Virus record (IMG/VR): IMGVR_UViG_3300014656_000032
Coordinates: 1-58,866 of that record
Length of the DNA: 58,866 nucleotides
Strand: one strand, 5' to 3'
Origin: a virus
Lineage: Duplodnaviria > Caudoviricetes
In this document: piece after piece, positions 34,701 through 43,015 of the stretch
How positions within the stretch are numbered: position 1 is the stretch's first letter
Layout: every line of letters starts with the position of its first letter
Program-made: the position numbers and the translations under genes
The notes under the pieces: generated by a model
Told to the model about the DNA's origin: nothing
Database searches by the model: none
Seen by the model: the letters and a program-made list of their open reading frames with translations, nothing else

Positions 34701-36578
34701 CGTGGCCGCCCTGTTGGCAGCGGCATCTATCTGCGCCTTGACATTTGCACGAGCCCTTTCCTGCTCTCCGCGAAGAGGGGCCAGCGAGCGTTCTATGTCC
34801 GCGCCCTTCGCTATCTTTGCAGCGAGTTCCGATCTCACTCTTTCCTGTTCGCCACGGAGCGGGATTCGTTCTGCCGGCCTTGCCGGTTCGATCATTCTTC
34901 CCTGTAAGTCAACCCGCAGTCCTTCCTGCTCTCTTCTGAGCGGCGCTGTCAGCGGGGGCTTTCCCCTGTCTTCCATCTGCCCGGCAACGTCTGCTCTCAG
35001 ATCACGCTGAACACCTCTGAACGGGATATTTCTGTGTGCGATCTTGTCTTCTTCGAGAGATATTCGCTCCGTGTCGATATCCTGTCTGAACGCTGTCGGC
35101 ACTGCCCTGAAATCTGCTGCAACCTGCTTGCCCTGGGCTTCCATGTGACGGCGAGCTTCTTCTATCGGGGCTCTACTCAGATCTTCCAGTGAGAAGCCAA
35201 CATCGGCCATAGCCTTCATCGATCTGGAAGTCAGGCTTTCTTCAAATTCTCTTATCGCGGTATCTGCGTCCGGAGCCGACAGTATAGGATCTGCAGGCTC
35301 CGGAGGGGTGTAGTCTTCCGCTGTCTTTATCTGAGCGAAATCTACTATCTTCTCATCGAAATCAAACCGCCTTCCGTCAGCCACAGCGGACATTGCGGCC
35401 TCGCCCCATTTTATTCCGAGTTCCTTATCCCTGGTGTTGACGGATATTCTCTGAGCCATCTTCTGAATTGCTTTAACCCTGGTAAAAGGATCTTCGCTGT
35501 TCAGTTCGTTCATTGTTCGTTTCGACTGGTACTGGTTTAGCCCTGCGGCACCGGCGCCAAAGAAGAGGCTCATCGTCATGGCCGGAATGATCGATTCCAG
35601 CACGCCTTCGCCTATCCCGGGGCCGCTCAACCCTTCTCTTTGCCTTACCCACGCCTGTCCGCCGCCTGCCACCATCTCGCCGGTAGTCTCAAAAAGCATC
35701 TGCTTTCCGGTACCCTTTATGAGTTCCTTCAGCGGCTTCTTGGCGAGTTCCTTCAGCGTTTCCGCTATGGGGCCTGTCAATGCCCTGCTTCCAAACAGGA
35801 GGAACATGGCCGCTACGTTCTCAGGCAGTTCGGTTCCTACCTCGAACGCTGCGGAACCAAGCGCTATCCTGTGAGCAACCTCGCGCCTCTCCTCTTCAGT
35901 CGCATTCGGCCTTGTTCTCGCCACCTCGTCATAGGCGCTTGTATACTCTTTCCCGTATGTCCCGGCGCCGAACAGAGCCACCAACCCGACAAGCCCGCCG
36001 GTTATTCCGAGGGCTACCGCTCCGGGTACTCCTCCCACTAAACCACCAAGAACCGCCCCCCCCTTTGCGGCGCCCCAAATGCCCATCGTTTGCGGTGCGC
36101 TTTCAAATGCACCAAGTATGCCGCGCTGGACAAATCCAGGTTCCCCCGCAAGTTCCCCCTTGTCCTGCTTCAGCCAGTCGTATTCTTTCTGAACCCGTTG
36201 CGCCCAGTCGGCCATGCCTCGCCCGGCCAGGTCAAACACTCCGGTATCGACATCCGCTTCACGAGGTGTAAAGTCCCCCACAAGTTCAAAGGCTTGTCCT
36301 GCCGATTCAACCGCCCCGAGCATTCCCCTGCCAGTAGCCGCCAACGCCCTTCCAAGGAATCCACGCGATTCCGGAGCCGCCTCCATTTTGACTTCCTGCT
36401 GTACGGCATTGGCATCCTCGGAATAGATGGCCCGTAGTTGCCGTTGTGTGTCTGAGTCAATGGTAGGCCACTTCGGATCTGACTCAACATCCAGCTCGAA
36501 AGACAGGGATATCAGCCGGCGCTGAGTTTCGTCGTCCAGGGTGAGCCACTTCGGTTCTCTCATGAACTCAAAAGGCAT
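28782..36578 (-). CDS. Large polyvalent/ejection protein (2598 aa) with an inorganic-pyrophosphatase-like domain and a zincin-like motif
   Basis: YEKGH......VAIENPRGSVRSG.D..G..W......HYGY...T.G..GDQIDV..G...DEHK...GF; HEMFGHW; position at the end of the ejection module. Confidence 0.85.
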   Translation of the reverse strand: MPFEFMREPKWLTLDDETQRRLISLSFELDVESDPKWPTIDSDTQRQLRAIYSEDANAVQQEVKMEAAPESRGFLGRALAATGRGMLGAVESAGQAFELVGDFTPREADVDTGVFDLAGRGMADWAQRVQKEYDWLKQDKGELAGEPGFVQRGILGAFESAPQTMGIWGAAKGGAVLGGLVGGVPGAVALGITGGLVGLVALFGAGTYGKEYTSAYDEVARTRPNATEEERREVAHRIALGSAAFEVGTELPENVAAMFLLFGSRALTGPIAETLKELAKKPLKELIKGTGKQMLFETTGEMVAGGGQAWVRQREGLSGPGIGEGVLESIIPAMTMSLFFGAGAAGLNQYQSKRTMNELNSEDPFTRVKAIQKMAQRISVNTRDKELGIKWGEAAMSAVADGRRFDFDEKIVDFAQIKTAEDYTPPEPADPILSAPDADTAIREFEESLTSRSMKAMADVGFSLEDLSRAPIEEARRHMEAQGKQVAADFRAVPTAFRQDIDTERISLEEDKIAHRNIPFRGVQRDLRADVAGQMEDRGKPPLTAPLRREQEGLRVDLQGRMIEPARPAERIPLRGEQERVRSELAAKIAKGADIERSLAPLRGEQERARANVKAQIDAAANRAATSPLNDKTVTEKQLKAGTYEKGHLRFAGMEVAIENPRGSVRSGTDKEGREWSVEVKNHYGYFNRTKGKNGDQIDVIIGPDVGSKFAYIVDQVDPETGKFDEHKTLVGFRNETAAREGYLSNYEEDWQGLGAITEVPLAEFKDWIGDGTRKKDSFAELQPAQADRIADTINETMPGNALAYDGPQKNIDGKPDLHQWTAKAGPAKGATFSTETASLDVVRNALSKKIADFKEDQGARTIREHAEQVLPGEVGGLEETLQEVGSAERRKEEIVRQRTGESGQDLQRKTQEEPGGAEQRIAEPTVKIGDTIRFIPNEKYADTTEGMVQDVIKNQSGDRGYHILSPTKTDPGRVVRVWDKSGNVELLKSYEQPEPITETKAKPEPQRVKTRYELNAADLAADYKAQGIERQSSYSQFVKDRDLKPEMDAGDFFKIYDSVTPKLLETVGVLQPPPKPDIVKAPITKDDISTKEQQQITALRRAQKAREVDRFPDLVKVPDKEIPPKSPIAEAVPPKPDATMSALQISKAARERGEKTLGTLASEVIKFRGKGGVATEVKGLGLKPAFRHEKTGEIFKSLNEEGKESNIHLLEGIPEKYVTERHADGDVIAVSPEIESGFIKDGKFYTRNDAVELTKKSIPPKPDVAKPAEAIPEKPPIEVVKTPEGTEVKVDITEKKANALSPKEQKAYLIDEIDKAIASVPETYSEDTARVTIHVPGDGDFSIFNDTHSLTEFKKRVKYFPGAPAKPSLSKTPSVKPTKKRITDFAGSYYNDYIPQKESPIDSEPNHYKDGYFFSNRAYAVKTATKPAIKGKIETENAPDISRLISELKIEPATIMAQTYEGVTGFRTRDTETIPGAIPTPGRRAIPMVHIMSDSGKHFLYDAKYIDSIFTEHPKADVFIDESGMAVFKKGNTLVGVVMPVKLTNGIGTFEGLTETAMLGYEKKYGTGVKPLYSVANIGDRVGVQRSQQVYEDVRSLLDTSIAKKNVTDVTLQDNGEVWIKTKSGHTLTVEPVETIEPNQAAFKIGYNRQQKNGEVVSGSYQENVVKISPMGDKWTVAHEMFGHWMEDIGIISPLEIEAMKAHIRGRVKRNEFTSQNPDDIGGVEDRAQFIASQLRERAQLTRPIERIIQKIRDFIDKLVNLFTRTAGGVVRDIESGKIFGRKAADQSVTGEETDRQTMYQKAAMPLFELKTPETTYQETTEPLTEEDFIAMRSIDKNVKMKAAAALSKSGKDITKEFSKLLVPIYTKLEMINKSLASKVRRLDFDTGTAIEADEGAALPLLKKARAIMSRDDFSDWHYARENAATAKIDELVLKYNLRKEYDASRAMMDKLRMDAIDVGLHIGEIEGEYWPRVVKDLKGLYASMGAEERGLYDQALLDKAAQLGVSVTELDDYIRSDIITNIILRGPTGLGQPGATKERKFAKIPPALDKFYMHSDAALIRHIHEMRTAIEARKFFGKIPEKVREMKSQMYRIQARVRDLNEQIKADVGNEKLKKKKNELIHDEKMLRAGLEKYASQRDFRANIGAYIDELIVSGEISHDQQQEVNEILTARFHQRGPHGAVRAYKNISYIDTMGSLISALTQIGDMAWVAYEAGVIPALRHAGNSILKESKITRKDVGVSRLAEEFADAEGLGKAVSWVLRAAGLEKIDAIGKESLLNAALEKYQRRAKSDPDGLRKEIYHMFGKDTDGVILDLQSGEITADIKFLTYSRLADFQPIGLSEMPEMYLRLENGRIFYMLKTFTIKQFDAFRRECFHKIRTGNKEEKIQGVKNLLRLGMFFVLANAGADELKDFILNRDTDFNDRVVDNVLRLAGASKFVVWKARTEGLPLAIAQQVLPPFKFLTGLSKDIYNAGDDKGLEIVGSIPLVGKLAYWHIGRGTSKREDLWNRRLTKHKAKVRKVKEKFDTAQNKMEFMRDHKEELAEYNRVNRFQGTLNKYRHMSNVLKSQPETPTRVKRIKQLETKRTKLIKDYLSRR

Positions 36579-36637
36579 CTATCAGATCCTCATAGTGCTC
36601 TCGATAAACGATCTGTTTCTTCACGTCTCTTTAAGTA

Positions 36638-37480
36638 TTACCCGACCGGCGGTATCGTTAAAATTCCCCTTCCAGACTTAGGAACCGGCGGCAAGGAAGA
36701 TTTTTTACCCAGGCCCTTTTCCAACTCTATTGCTTTTTTCCTGATATACTCCTCTTCCCACTCTATTCCTTTTTTCCTCAAATACTCATCCATTCTAGGT
36801 ATCCTTACGTCTCTCTCTTTTTCTATAATGTTCCGACGCCGCTCTTCCGAACCAGGTGTTGGCTTCGCCGCTTTTTCTTCCTCCCGTTTCTTCTTGGCTT
36901 CTTCCAGCAGTCTGTCCAATGGAGATCCAGGCCCTGTACCAGGTCGAGCCGGGAAGAACTCGCCAACCAAGTCCTTTGCCGTATTGGACAATTTTACATG
37001 CCCGGGATCCACTGGATCGTATGGCATACCGCCTAACAGCATCTTCATGAACGCAGAATATGCATCTGCCTTTTTGGTTTCCAAGTCGCCTGGCCTTTGG
37101 TTTAGCTCGATCATTCTCAACAGTTCGTTGGCGAGAGTTTCGTCACCGCCGGATAACTCACTGGCTATTTTCTTCTTGTTTTCCCAGTCTGCCGACAGCA
37201 AGTCTCTTGCCAACCGTTTCTTCTCTTCGATGTCGCGATCAAACTCGTCTTTCCTGAACGTGCGTTCTTTCTCTGTCTCGCCGGACCTGAATTCGCGCTC
37301 CGCTGCCGTCTCGGCGGATCTGAACTCCCTATCTCTTTTATCCCTTTCTTCTGTCATCCTGGCGAGGTTCTCGTCCCTTTCTTTGATGGCGTCCTGCTTG
37401 AGTTTCTCCATCCAGCCGAGGCCGGCACCGCTCATGGCTCCGCCCATAACATTTCCTATGTCGCTCAGGATACCCATCAC
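36638..37480 (-). CDS. Putative ejection/internal virion protein
   Basis: Gly-rich N-terminus followed by a charged helix; in operon. Confidence 0.65.
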   Translation of the reverse strand: MMGILSDIGNVMGGAMSGAGLGWMEKLKQDAIKERDENLARMTEERDKRDREFRSAETAAEREFRSGETEKERTFRKDEFDRDIEEKKRLARDLLSADWENKKKIASELSGGDETLANELLRMIELNQRPGDLETKKADAYSAFMKMLLGGMPYDPVDPGHVKLSNTAKDLVGEFFPARPGTGPGSPLDRLLEEAKKKREEEKAAKPTPGSEERRRNIIEKERDVRIPRMDEYLRKKGIEWEEEYIRKKAIELEKGLGKKSSLPPVPKSGRGILTIPPVG

Positions 37481-37977
37481 ATACCTCCCGATATCATTCC
37501 GGATATCTGCTGTCCTATCTGAGTCCTGCCTGCCTCGGCGCTTCTCGCTTGCAGATCTTCCGGAGTGATCTTCCCGGTATTAACCTGCTTGGCTATGTAG
37601 TCTCCAACAGCTGTGGAGAACGCCCGATACCGATCTTCTTCAGACAGCGGCTCGACACCTGCCGCTTCAGCAACGGATATGATTTCACCCATGAGAATGT
37701 TCGCCACCTGTGCCAGAAGTTCTGCCGGCATTTGGGCCGTCTTACCGGCACCGCCGGATTCAAGTCTCTCCACGATTGATACCGTGATGTCGGCAATAGC
37801 CACCACGGGATCGGTTGACTTTGACACCATCTTGCCTATGCGTTCAGACATCGTCTTGCTGTGAATCGTTTTCAGCCCGTTTGCGAGATAGATGTCAGAC
37901 GCTTCTGTCTGCTCCGGCGTTACGTTCCGGCCAGCTTCAGGAGGTGCTTGTGCGGGATCGTTCAACAGTCCAGGCAT
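37477..37977 (-). CDS. Hypothetical virion-associated protein
   Basis: AAGGAG SD; in operon. Confidence 0.7.
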   Translation of the reverse strand: MPGLLNDPAQAPPEAGRNVTPEQTEASDIYLANGLKTIHSKTMSERIGKMVSKSTDPVVAIADITVSIVERLESGGAGKTAQMPAELLAQVANILMGEIISVAEAAGVEPLSEEDRYRAFSTAVGDYIAKQVNTGKITPEDLQARSAEAGRTQIGQQISGMISGGM

Positions 37978-37987
37978 TACTTTCTCC

Positions 37988-38791
37988 TTATGGTTGTTCC
38001 AACAGGCCGCGTTTAGGTGCGAACCTTCTTTGTGAATTGGCTATTTCTCTTCCCTCGAACGGTGCGTATGCAAAATCCCTGCGCCTGTCCTTATACATCT
38101 GTTCCTGGGCTTGCAGTTCGTTCATGCGCCCTTCTGCCAGCGCCTTGCCCTGGAGGCCCCCGCTGATGGCACTCCCGGCCCCTGTTAGCATCCCTGCCTT
38201 TATCATGGGATCCACACCCGCCAGGATTCCCCTTGGCGGATTCAGCGGAGCGTTTGCAGGCGGCAGTTGCGTCGGTTGTATCGGAGAAGTTCCGCTACCG
38301 GTATATTGAAGCTGAGACGGCACTTGCCCGCCTGCCTCTCCGTACATCTGCACGGACGATCCTGGAACCTGCCCTGAAACCAGAGCATTAGGCTTGGGTG
38401 TCGCCGCGCCGGCTTTGAACGCCGCGGACTGCGTTTCAAACGATCCCTTCATTCCTCCCAGGAAAGAGCCGCTTTTCGCAGTCATCCCGGCGAAAACAGC
38501 GCTTCCCAAACTCAGCACGCCTCCGGTAATGCCCCCGTAGGCCGCACCGTTCAGTGCGCCATCGAAAATGTCGTCGCCGTTAATTGCCGAAGCAGCCGCT
38601 CCGATCAAGGCCCCGTACAGTGCGTGGGAAGTTGCTGTAGCTGCCACCGCTCCGGCACCGGCTATCGCAGTGGTTCCGAGCCCTGCCGCCGTTGCGGCAC
38701 TCGTCGCTAATCCGCCTACCGCTCCTGCCGCGCCTCCTATCCATGCTCCTACTGCTGTAATGATCGGCCCGATTATAGGCGCTGCTGGCAT
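37988..38791 (-). CDS. Gly/Ala-rich DNA injection (pilot-type) protein
   Basis: Hydrophobic G/A-rich N-terminal half; follows the GNAT gene as in podovirus ejection modules. Confidence 0.7.
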   Translation of the reverse strand: MPAAPIIGPIITAVGAWIGGAAGAVGGLATSAATAAGLGTTAIAGAGAVAATATSHALYGALIGAAASAINGDDIFDGALNGAAYGGITGGVLSLGSAVFAGMTAKSGSFLGGMKGSFETQSAAFKAGAATPKPNALVSGQVPGSSVQMYGEAGGQVPSQLQYTGSGTSPIQPTQLPPANAPLNPPRGILAGVDPMIKAGMLTGAGSAISGGLQGKALAEGRMNELQAQEQMYKDRRRDFAYAPFEGREIANSQRRFAPKRGLLEQP

Positions 38792-39261
38792 GATTCACCC
38801 CCGAATTCTCGTTTTGTAAGGCCGAGAACAACCTGGTTATAAAGAACGAAGTTCTTCAAGAACGACTTATGAATTAAACCCTCTTTGGAAAACCCGCATC
38901 TATTCGCCAAGGATATTGCCAACCGATTATACTCCGGGATGAATGCCACCATCTTACTGTAAATCGTATTGGAAAACACCCACCCGATAGCCTCTCGCGC
39001 AAAGCTCTCTGCCTTGCCCCACAGTTCCGGCGTAGCCGCTATGTGAACGCTGCAGCAGGTTCCGGTGAATGGATCCGCCCTTCCGGTCCCTGTTTTCTCG
39101 TCGTTTATCACATAGAGCGCCTCTACCGGATCGTACCGCTCTGGTGACAGGTCATCGGATATCATCCTGTAAACCTTCGGGTGATTCAATATCGTCGATA
39201 CGTCTTCCAGATTCATCGTCCTGTGAACCATATCACGCTCCTGGTTGCGGGGGAACGGCAT
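38773..39261 (-). CDS. GNAT-fold protein (DUF2824-like; start may be 39231)
   Basis: VHIA...LWG...IPEYNRLAISLANRCGFSKEG. Confidence 0.8.
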   Translation of the reverse strand: MPFPRNQERDMVHRTMNLEDVSTILNHPKVYRMISDDLSPERYDPVEALYVINDEKTGTGRADPFTGTCCSVHIAATPELWGKAESFAREAIGWVFSNTIYSKMVAFIPEYNRLAISLANRCGFSKEGLIHKSFLKNFVLYNQVVLGLTKREFGGESCQQRL

Positions 39262-42200
39262 AGAATACCGGCGGGAATGAACTCACCACGTATATCGGAG
39301 TTCCCTCTTCATTCCTTATAATCGGGTACACCTTGTCTCCTATCCGATACTTCATTGCATCCCAATCAGCGCTTCCGCCCTGGTTGTCCAGAGAACCAAG
39401 ATAGTCCGCTCCTCCCCCGGGCGTGGTGCCGGTTGTCCCTCCGGTAGCCCCGCCGGCAGGATCTGAGAACACCATATCTAACCCGTACAGATCGATCACC
39501 ATCTGCGTATTCTCGGCATACATGGCCTCTGCATCCGCCATGGCGGCCTTCTTGGCGTCCACAGACATCGATGGATCCGCCTGGATCGCTACGAGCCGAG
39601 CCGCGTGGCTGTTTCCTAGATCTGCCAGTTTACCGGTTGCCGCGTCCAGATCTTGAGAACTCAGATTCAAGGCGGCAATAGCCTCCCTGGAATCGATCTC
39701 TTTTTGCGTCATGGCCTGTTGGGCCAGAAGCAGATCCTTGTTCGCGTCCGCATCGATCTGTGCGATCTCCTTTCTGTTCGCCAGTTCGTTCTTTATGTCC
39801 TGGGTGCGGGCTTCCATCTCCAATTTCTGCTGGCCTGTAACCATGCCCTGCACCCTCTCCACGGATGCAAGCTCGATCTCAAGATCGTTTGTGGATCTAT
39901 CGGCCAGATCTATCCGGTTCGCAAGCTCGTTCAGGATGTCTTTGGATCTGGCTTCTATCTCCTTTGTTTGAACTCCCACCTGCTCTTTAACTATGCGCTC
40001 CTGGGTAGCCAATTCCAGTATGAGATCACCGGTGCCAACGTTTGCAAGTTCCCTGCGGTTGGCGAGTTCGTTCAGTATATCTTGGGAACGAGCCCGGATC
40101 TCATCGCTCATCACGCCTATCTGATCTTTGGCCATTCTCTCTTGAGCTGCGAGTTCCGCCCTTAGATCCCCGCTCTGGATATTGGCTATCTCACCTCGAC
40201 TTGCGAGTTCGTTCAGGATATCCTGGGAGCGGGCGTCTATCTCTTTCGACATAACGCCAAACTGCTTGTCTGACATTCTCTCTTGAGCCGACAACTCGGC
40301 AATCAGGTCCAGACTGGATATGTTCGCCAACTCCTTTCTGTTGGCAAGCTCATACAGTATATCCTTCGACCTGCTGTCTATCTCGTAGGTTAGGACTCCT
40401 GCCTGTTCTTTTGCCATTCGTTCCTGCGCTGCCAGTTCAGATGACAGATCCTTGCTTGAGACTTCCGCGAGTTCCTTTCTGTTGGCGAGTTCGTTCAGGA
40501 TATCGGCGGATCGAGCCGTAATCTCCTGCGACAGAACCCCTGCCTGCCGCACCGACATTGTCTCTTGTGCCGCCAGTTCCTTTGCAAGATCGCTGCTCTG
40601 AATGCCGGCAAGTTCCTTTCTGTTTGCAAGCTCGTTCAGGATGTCGTTGGAACGGGCCACGATCTCGGTTGACAGAACTCCTGCCTGTTCGGCAGCCATG
40701 CGTTCTTGAGCGGCCAGTTCTTTCGCAAGATCGCCGCTCTGAATGCCGGCCAACTCCTTCCGATTCGCAAGTTCAAGCGCAATGTCTGCGGATCTTGACG
40801 CTATTTCAGACGACAGAACCCCGGCCTGCTCTGTTGCCATTCGCTCCTGCGCTGCGAGTTCGGCCCTTAGATCGGTGCTTTGAATGTTCGCTATCTCTTT
40901 TCTCGATGCCAACTCACCGAGTATGTCGGCAGACCGCGCCTTTATCTCGTCTGTCATCACGCCGGCTTGTTCAGACGCCATTCTCTCTTGAGCCGCCAAT
41001 TCCTTTGCAAGATCACCACTCTGTACGTCCGCGAGTTCCCTTCTCGTCGCCAACTCGTTCAGGATGTCTTGGGAACGGGCCTGGATTTCAGCCGTCATTA
41101 CCCCTGCCTGCTCTGACGCCATGCGCTCTTGAGCGGATAATTCAGCCCTGAGATCGCCACTCTGTATGTTCGTGATCTCCTTTCTGCTTGCCAGCTCGTT
41201 CAGGATGTCCTGAGATCTGGATTGAATCTCCGATGTCAACACCCCTGCCTGTTCGGCAGCCATCCTTTCCTGGGCCGCCAATTCCTTCCCGAGATCGCTG
41301 CTGCTTATATCTGCCAGTTCCTTTCTGCTTGCCAGTTCCATAACGATATCGGCGGATCGGGACGATATCTCGTATGACATCACTCCCGCCTGCTCTGACG
41401 CCATGCGCTCCTGGGCTGCAAGCTCAGTAGCAAGATCGCTGCTGCTTATATTGGCAATCTCTTTCCTGTTGGCGAGTTCCAGAACGATATCTGCAGACCG
41501 TGCTCGGATCTCATCGCTCATCACACCCACTTGAGCCGCGGCCATCCTTTCTTGGGCTGCCAGTTCAGATCTCAAGTCCCCGCTCTGAATACCGGCAATC
41601 TCCTTGCGGGATGCCAGTTCCTGCAGAATGTCGGCGGAACGCGCCACGATCTCGGTTGACATCACCCCGGCCTGCTCGGATGCAATGCGTTCCTGGGCTG
41701 CCAGCTCAAGACGAAGATCCGCGCTCTGAACGTCGGCTATTTCCTTCCTGTTGGCCAGTTCGTTCAGGATGTCTTGGGACCGCGCTTGCATCTCTGCCGT
41801 TGCCACCCCGGCCTTCTCGGTGGCTATCTTCTCCAACGATGCCAACTCTTTCGTCAGATCCGAGCTTGCAGCCATCGCCACCATGCCGGTGATTTCCTTC
41901 TGAGCGGTCCACTCTGTCAACGCGACTTGCTCGCGGGTGGCCAGTTCGGCCCTGATATCTAACGATCGAGCCATCATCTCAGCGTTCTGCTGAACAATAC
42001 CCTCGGTTGCCATCTTCTCCAAAGACGCCAGCTCTGTTTTCAGATCGGATGTTTTTGCAGCCGTGACGACGCCCGTGATCTCTTTCTGCGCGTTCCACTC
42101 TGTCATGGCGGCACCCATAACCGCCTCTTTCTGAGTAGTGGCTACGGTCGTCTGAGCGGCCGCCTGGGTTTGAGCAACGGACGCCGCTGCTCCGGCTTCT

Positions 42201-43015
42201 GTCTTGGCGATCTCCTTTCTGGCTTCCCATTCAACACCCAAGGCCAGCATAAGTCGTTCTGCGTCCCGTATCGACAACCCTTCCTGCAACGCCGCGTTCT
42301 GTATCATCTCCTTAACGCGATTCTCGGATTCCGCGTCCAGCAGTCCGGCCTTCAGCGAAGCGTCAAGAGTTTGCAACCCGCTCTGAAGCAAGGCGCTCTG
42401 TTCGTTCAGTCCGCCCTGCAATTCGGCCTCGAAACCCGCCATCAGAGTTTGCTGAACTGAATCCTGGAACGACAGACCGGACTGAATCCTGCCTTGCAGG
42501 TTCGTCAGTGCGGCTGTTATCTGGCCCTGGTATCCCGCCATTCCTGCCTGTTGCAGGGCCGCCGCGTCCTGGGCTGCTATGGGAAGCGCCGCCTCGATTG
42601 CCGCCCGTTCCCCCGCGCCCGCGGCAATGCTTGAGTTCAGCAACCCCCTTCGGTTTGCAGCAGCCGCCGCATTCGATCTCGCCAAATTCATGTACTGGCT
42701 TCCAGAACCCAGCAGCCCCTGCATCCTGCCCTGCACCGTGTCCGTTTCAGGTAGCCTGTACTGAGGCGGGGCTTCATACGGGACGTTCGGAACAGCGCCG
42801 CTTTGGAGCCCTTCGGGTGCCATCGCCTGTGGCGCAGCTGTCATTTGCGGCGCTGCCATGGCTGGTTGCGTCATCGCGGGCGAACTAAGAAGTCCCGGCT
42901 GATTTCCAACCGCCGCTTCTGGCTGCACCAGGTCTGAACCCGGAGCGGCGCCAAGCGGTGTGAACGTTTCTACATCCTTCAATGTCGGTTTGTTCTCAGG
43001 ATCTAATAGTCCCAT
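39233..43015 (-). CDS. Ejection/DNA-transfer protein with about 16 tandem 47-aa helical repeats
   Basis: TVQGRMQGLL...ANRRGLLNSSIAAGA...ALPIAAQDA N-terminal domain; repeats of S.DL..ELAAQERMA.EQAGV...EI.ARS.DIL.ELA.RKE. Confidence 0.8.
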   Translation of the reverse strand: MGLLDPENKPTLKDVETFTPLGAAPGSDLVQPEAAVGNQPGLLSSPAMTQPAMAAPQMTAAPQAMAPEGLQSGAVPNVPYEAPPQYRLPETDTVQGRMQGLLGSGSQYMNLARSNAAAAANRRGLLNSSIAAGAGERAAIEAALPIAAQDAAALQQAGMAGYQGQITAALTNLQGRIQSGLSFQDSVQQTLMAGFEAELQGGLNEQSALLQSGLQTLDASLKAGLLDAESENRVKEMIQNAALQEGLSIRDAERLMLALGVEWEARKEIAKTEAGAAASVAQTQAAAQTTVATTQKEAVMGAAMTEWNAQKEITGVVTAAKTSDLKTELASLEKMATEGIVQQNAEMMARSLDIRAELATREQVALTEWTAQKEITGMVAMAASSDLTKELASLEKIATEKAGVATAEMQARSQDILNELANRKEIADVQSADLRLELAAQERIASEQAGVMSTEIVARSADILQELASRKEIAGIQSGDLRSELAAQERMAAAQVGVMSDEIRARSADIVLELANRKEIANISSSDLATELAAQERMASEQAGVMSYEISSRSADIVMELASRKELADISSSDLGKELAAQERMAAEQAGVLTSEIQSRSQDILNELASRKEITNIQSGDLRAELSAQERMASEQAGVMTAEIQARSQDILNELATRRELADVQSGDLAKELAAQERMASEQAGVMTDEIKARSADILGELASRKEIANIQSTDLRAELAAQERMATEQAGVLSSEIASRSADIALELANRKELAGIQSGDLAKELAAQERMAAEQAGVLSTEIVARSNDILNELANRKELAGIQSSDLAKELAAQETMSVRQAGVLSQEITARSADILNELANRKELAEVSSKDLSSELAAQERMAKEQAGVLTYEIDSRSKDILYELANRKELANISSLDLIAELSAQERMSDKQFGVMSKEIDARSQDILNELASRGEIANIQSGDLRAELAAQERMAKDQIGVMSDEIRARSQDILNELANRRELANVGTGDLILELATQERIVKEQVGVQTKEIEARSKDILNELANRIDLADRSTNDLEIELASVERVQGMVTGQQKLEMEARTQDIKNELANRKEIAQIDADANKDLLLAQQAMTQKEIDSREAIAALNLSSQDLDAATGKLADLGNSHAARLVAIQADPSMSVDAKKAAMADAEAMYAENTQMVIDLYGLDMVFSDPAGGATGGTTGTTPGGGADYLGSLDNQGGSADWDAMKYRIGDKVYPIIRNEEGTPIYVVSSFPPVFYAVPPQPGA
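39750..42052. repeat. 141-bp coding tandem repeats
   Basis: 47-aa unit counted directly in the translation. Confidence 0.9.
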
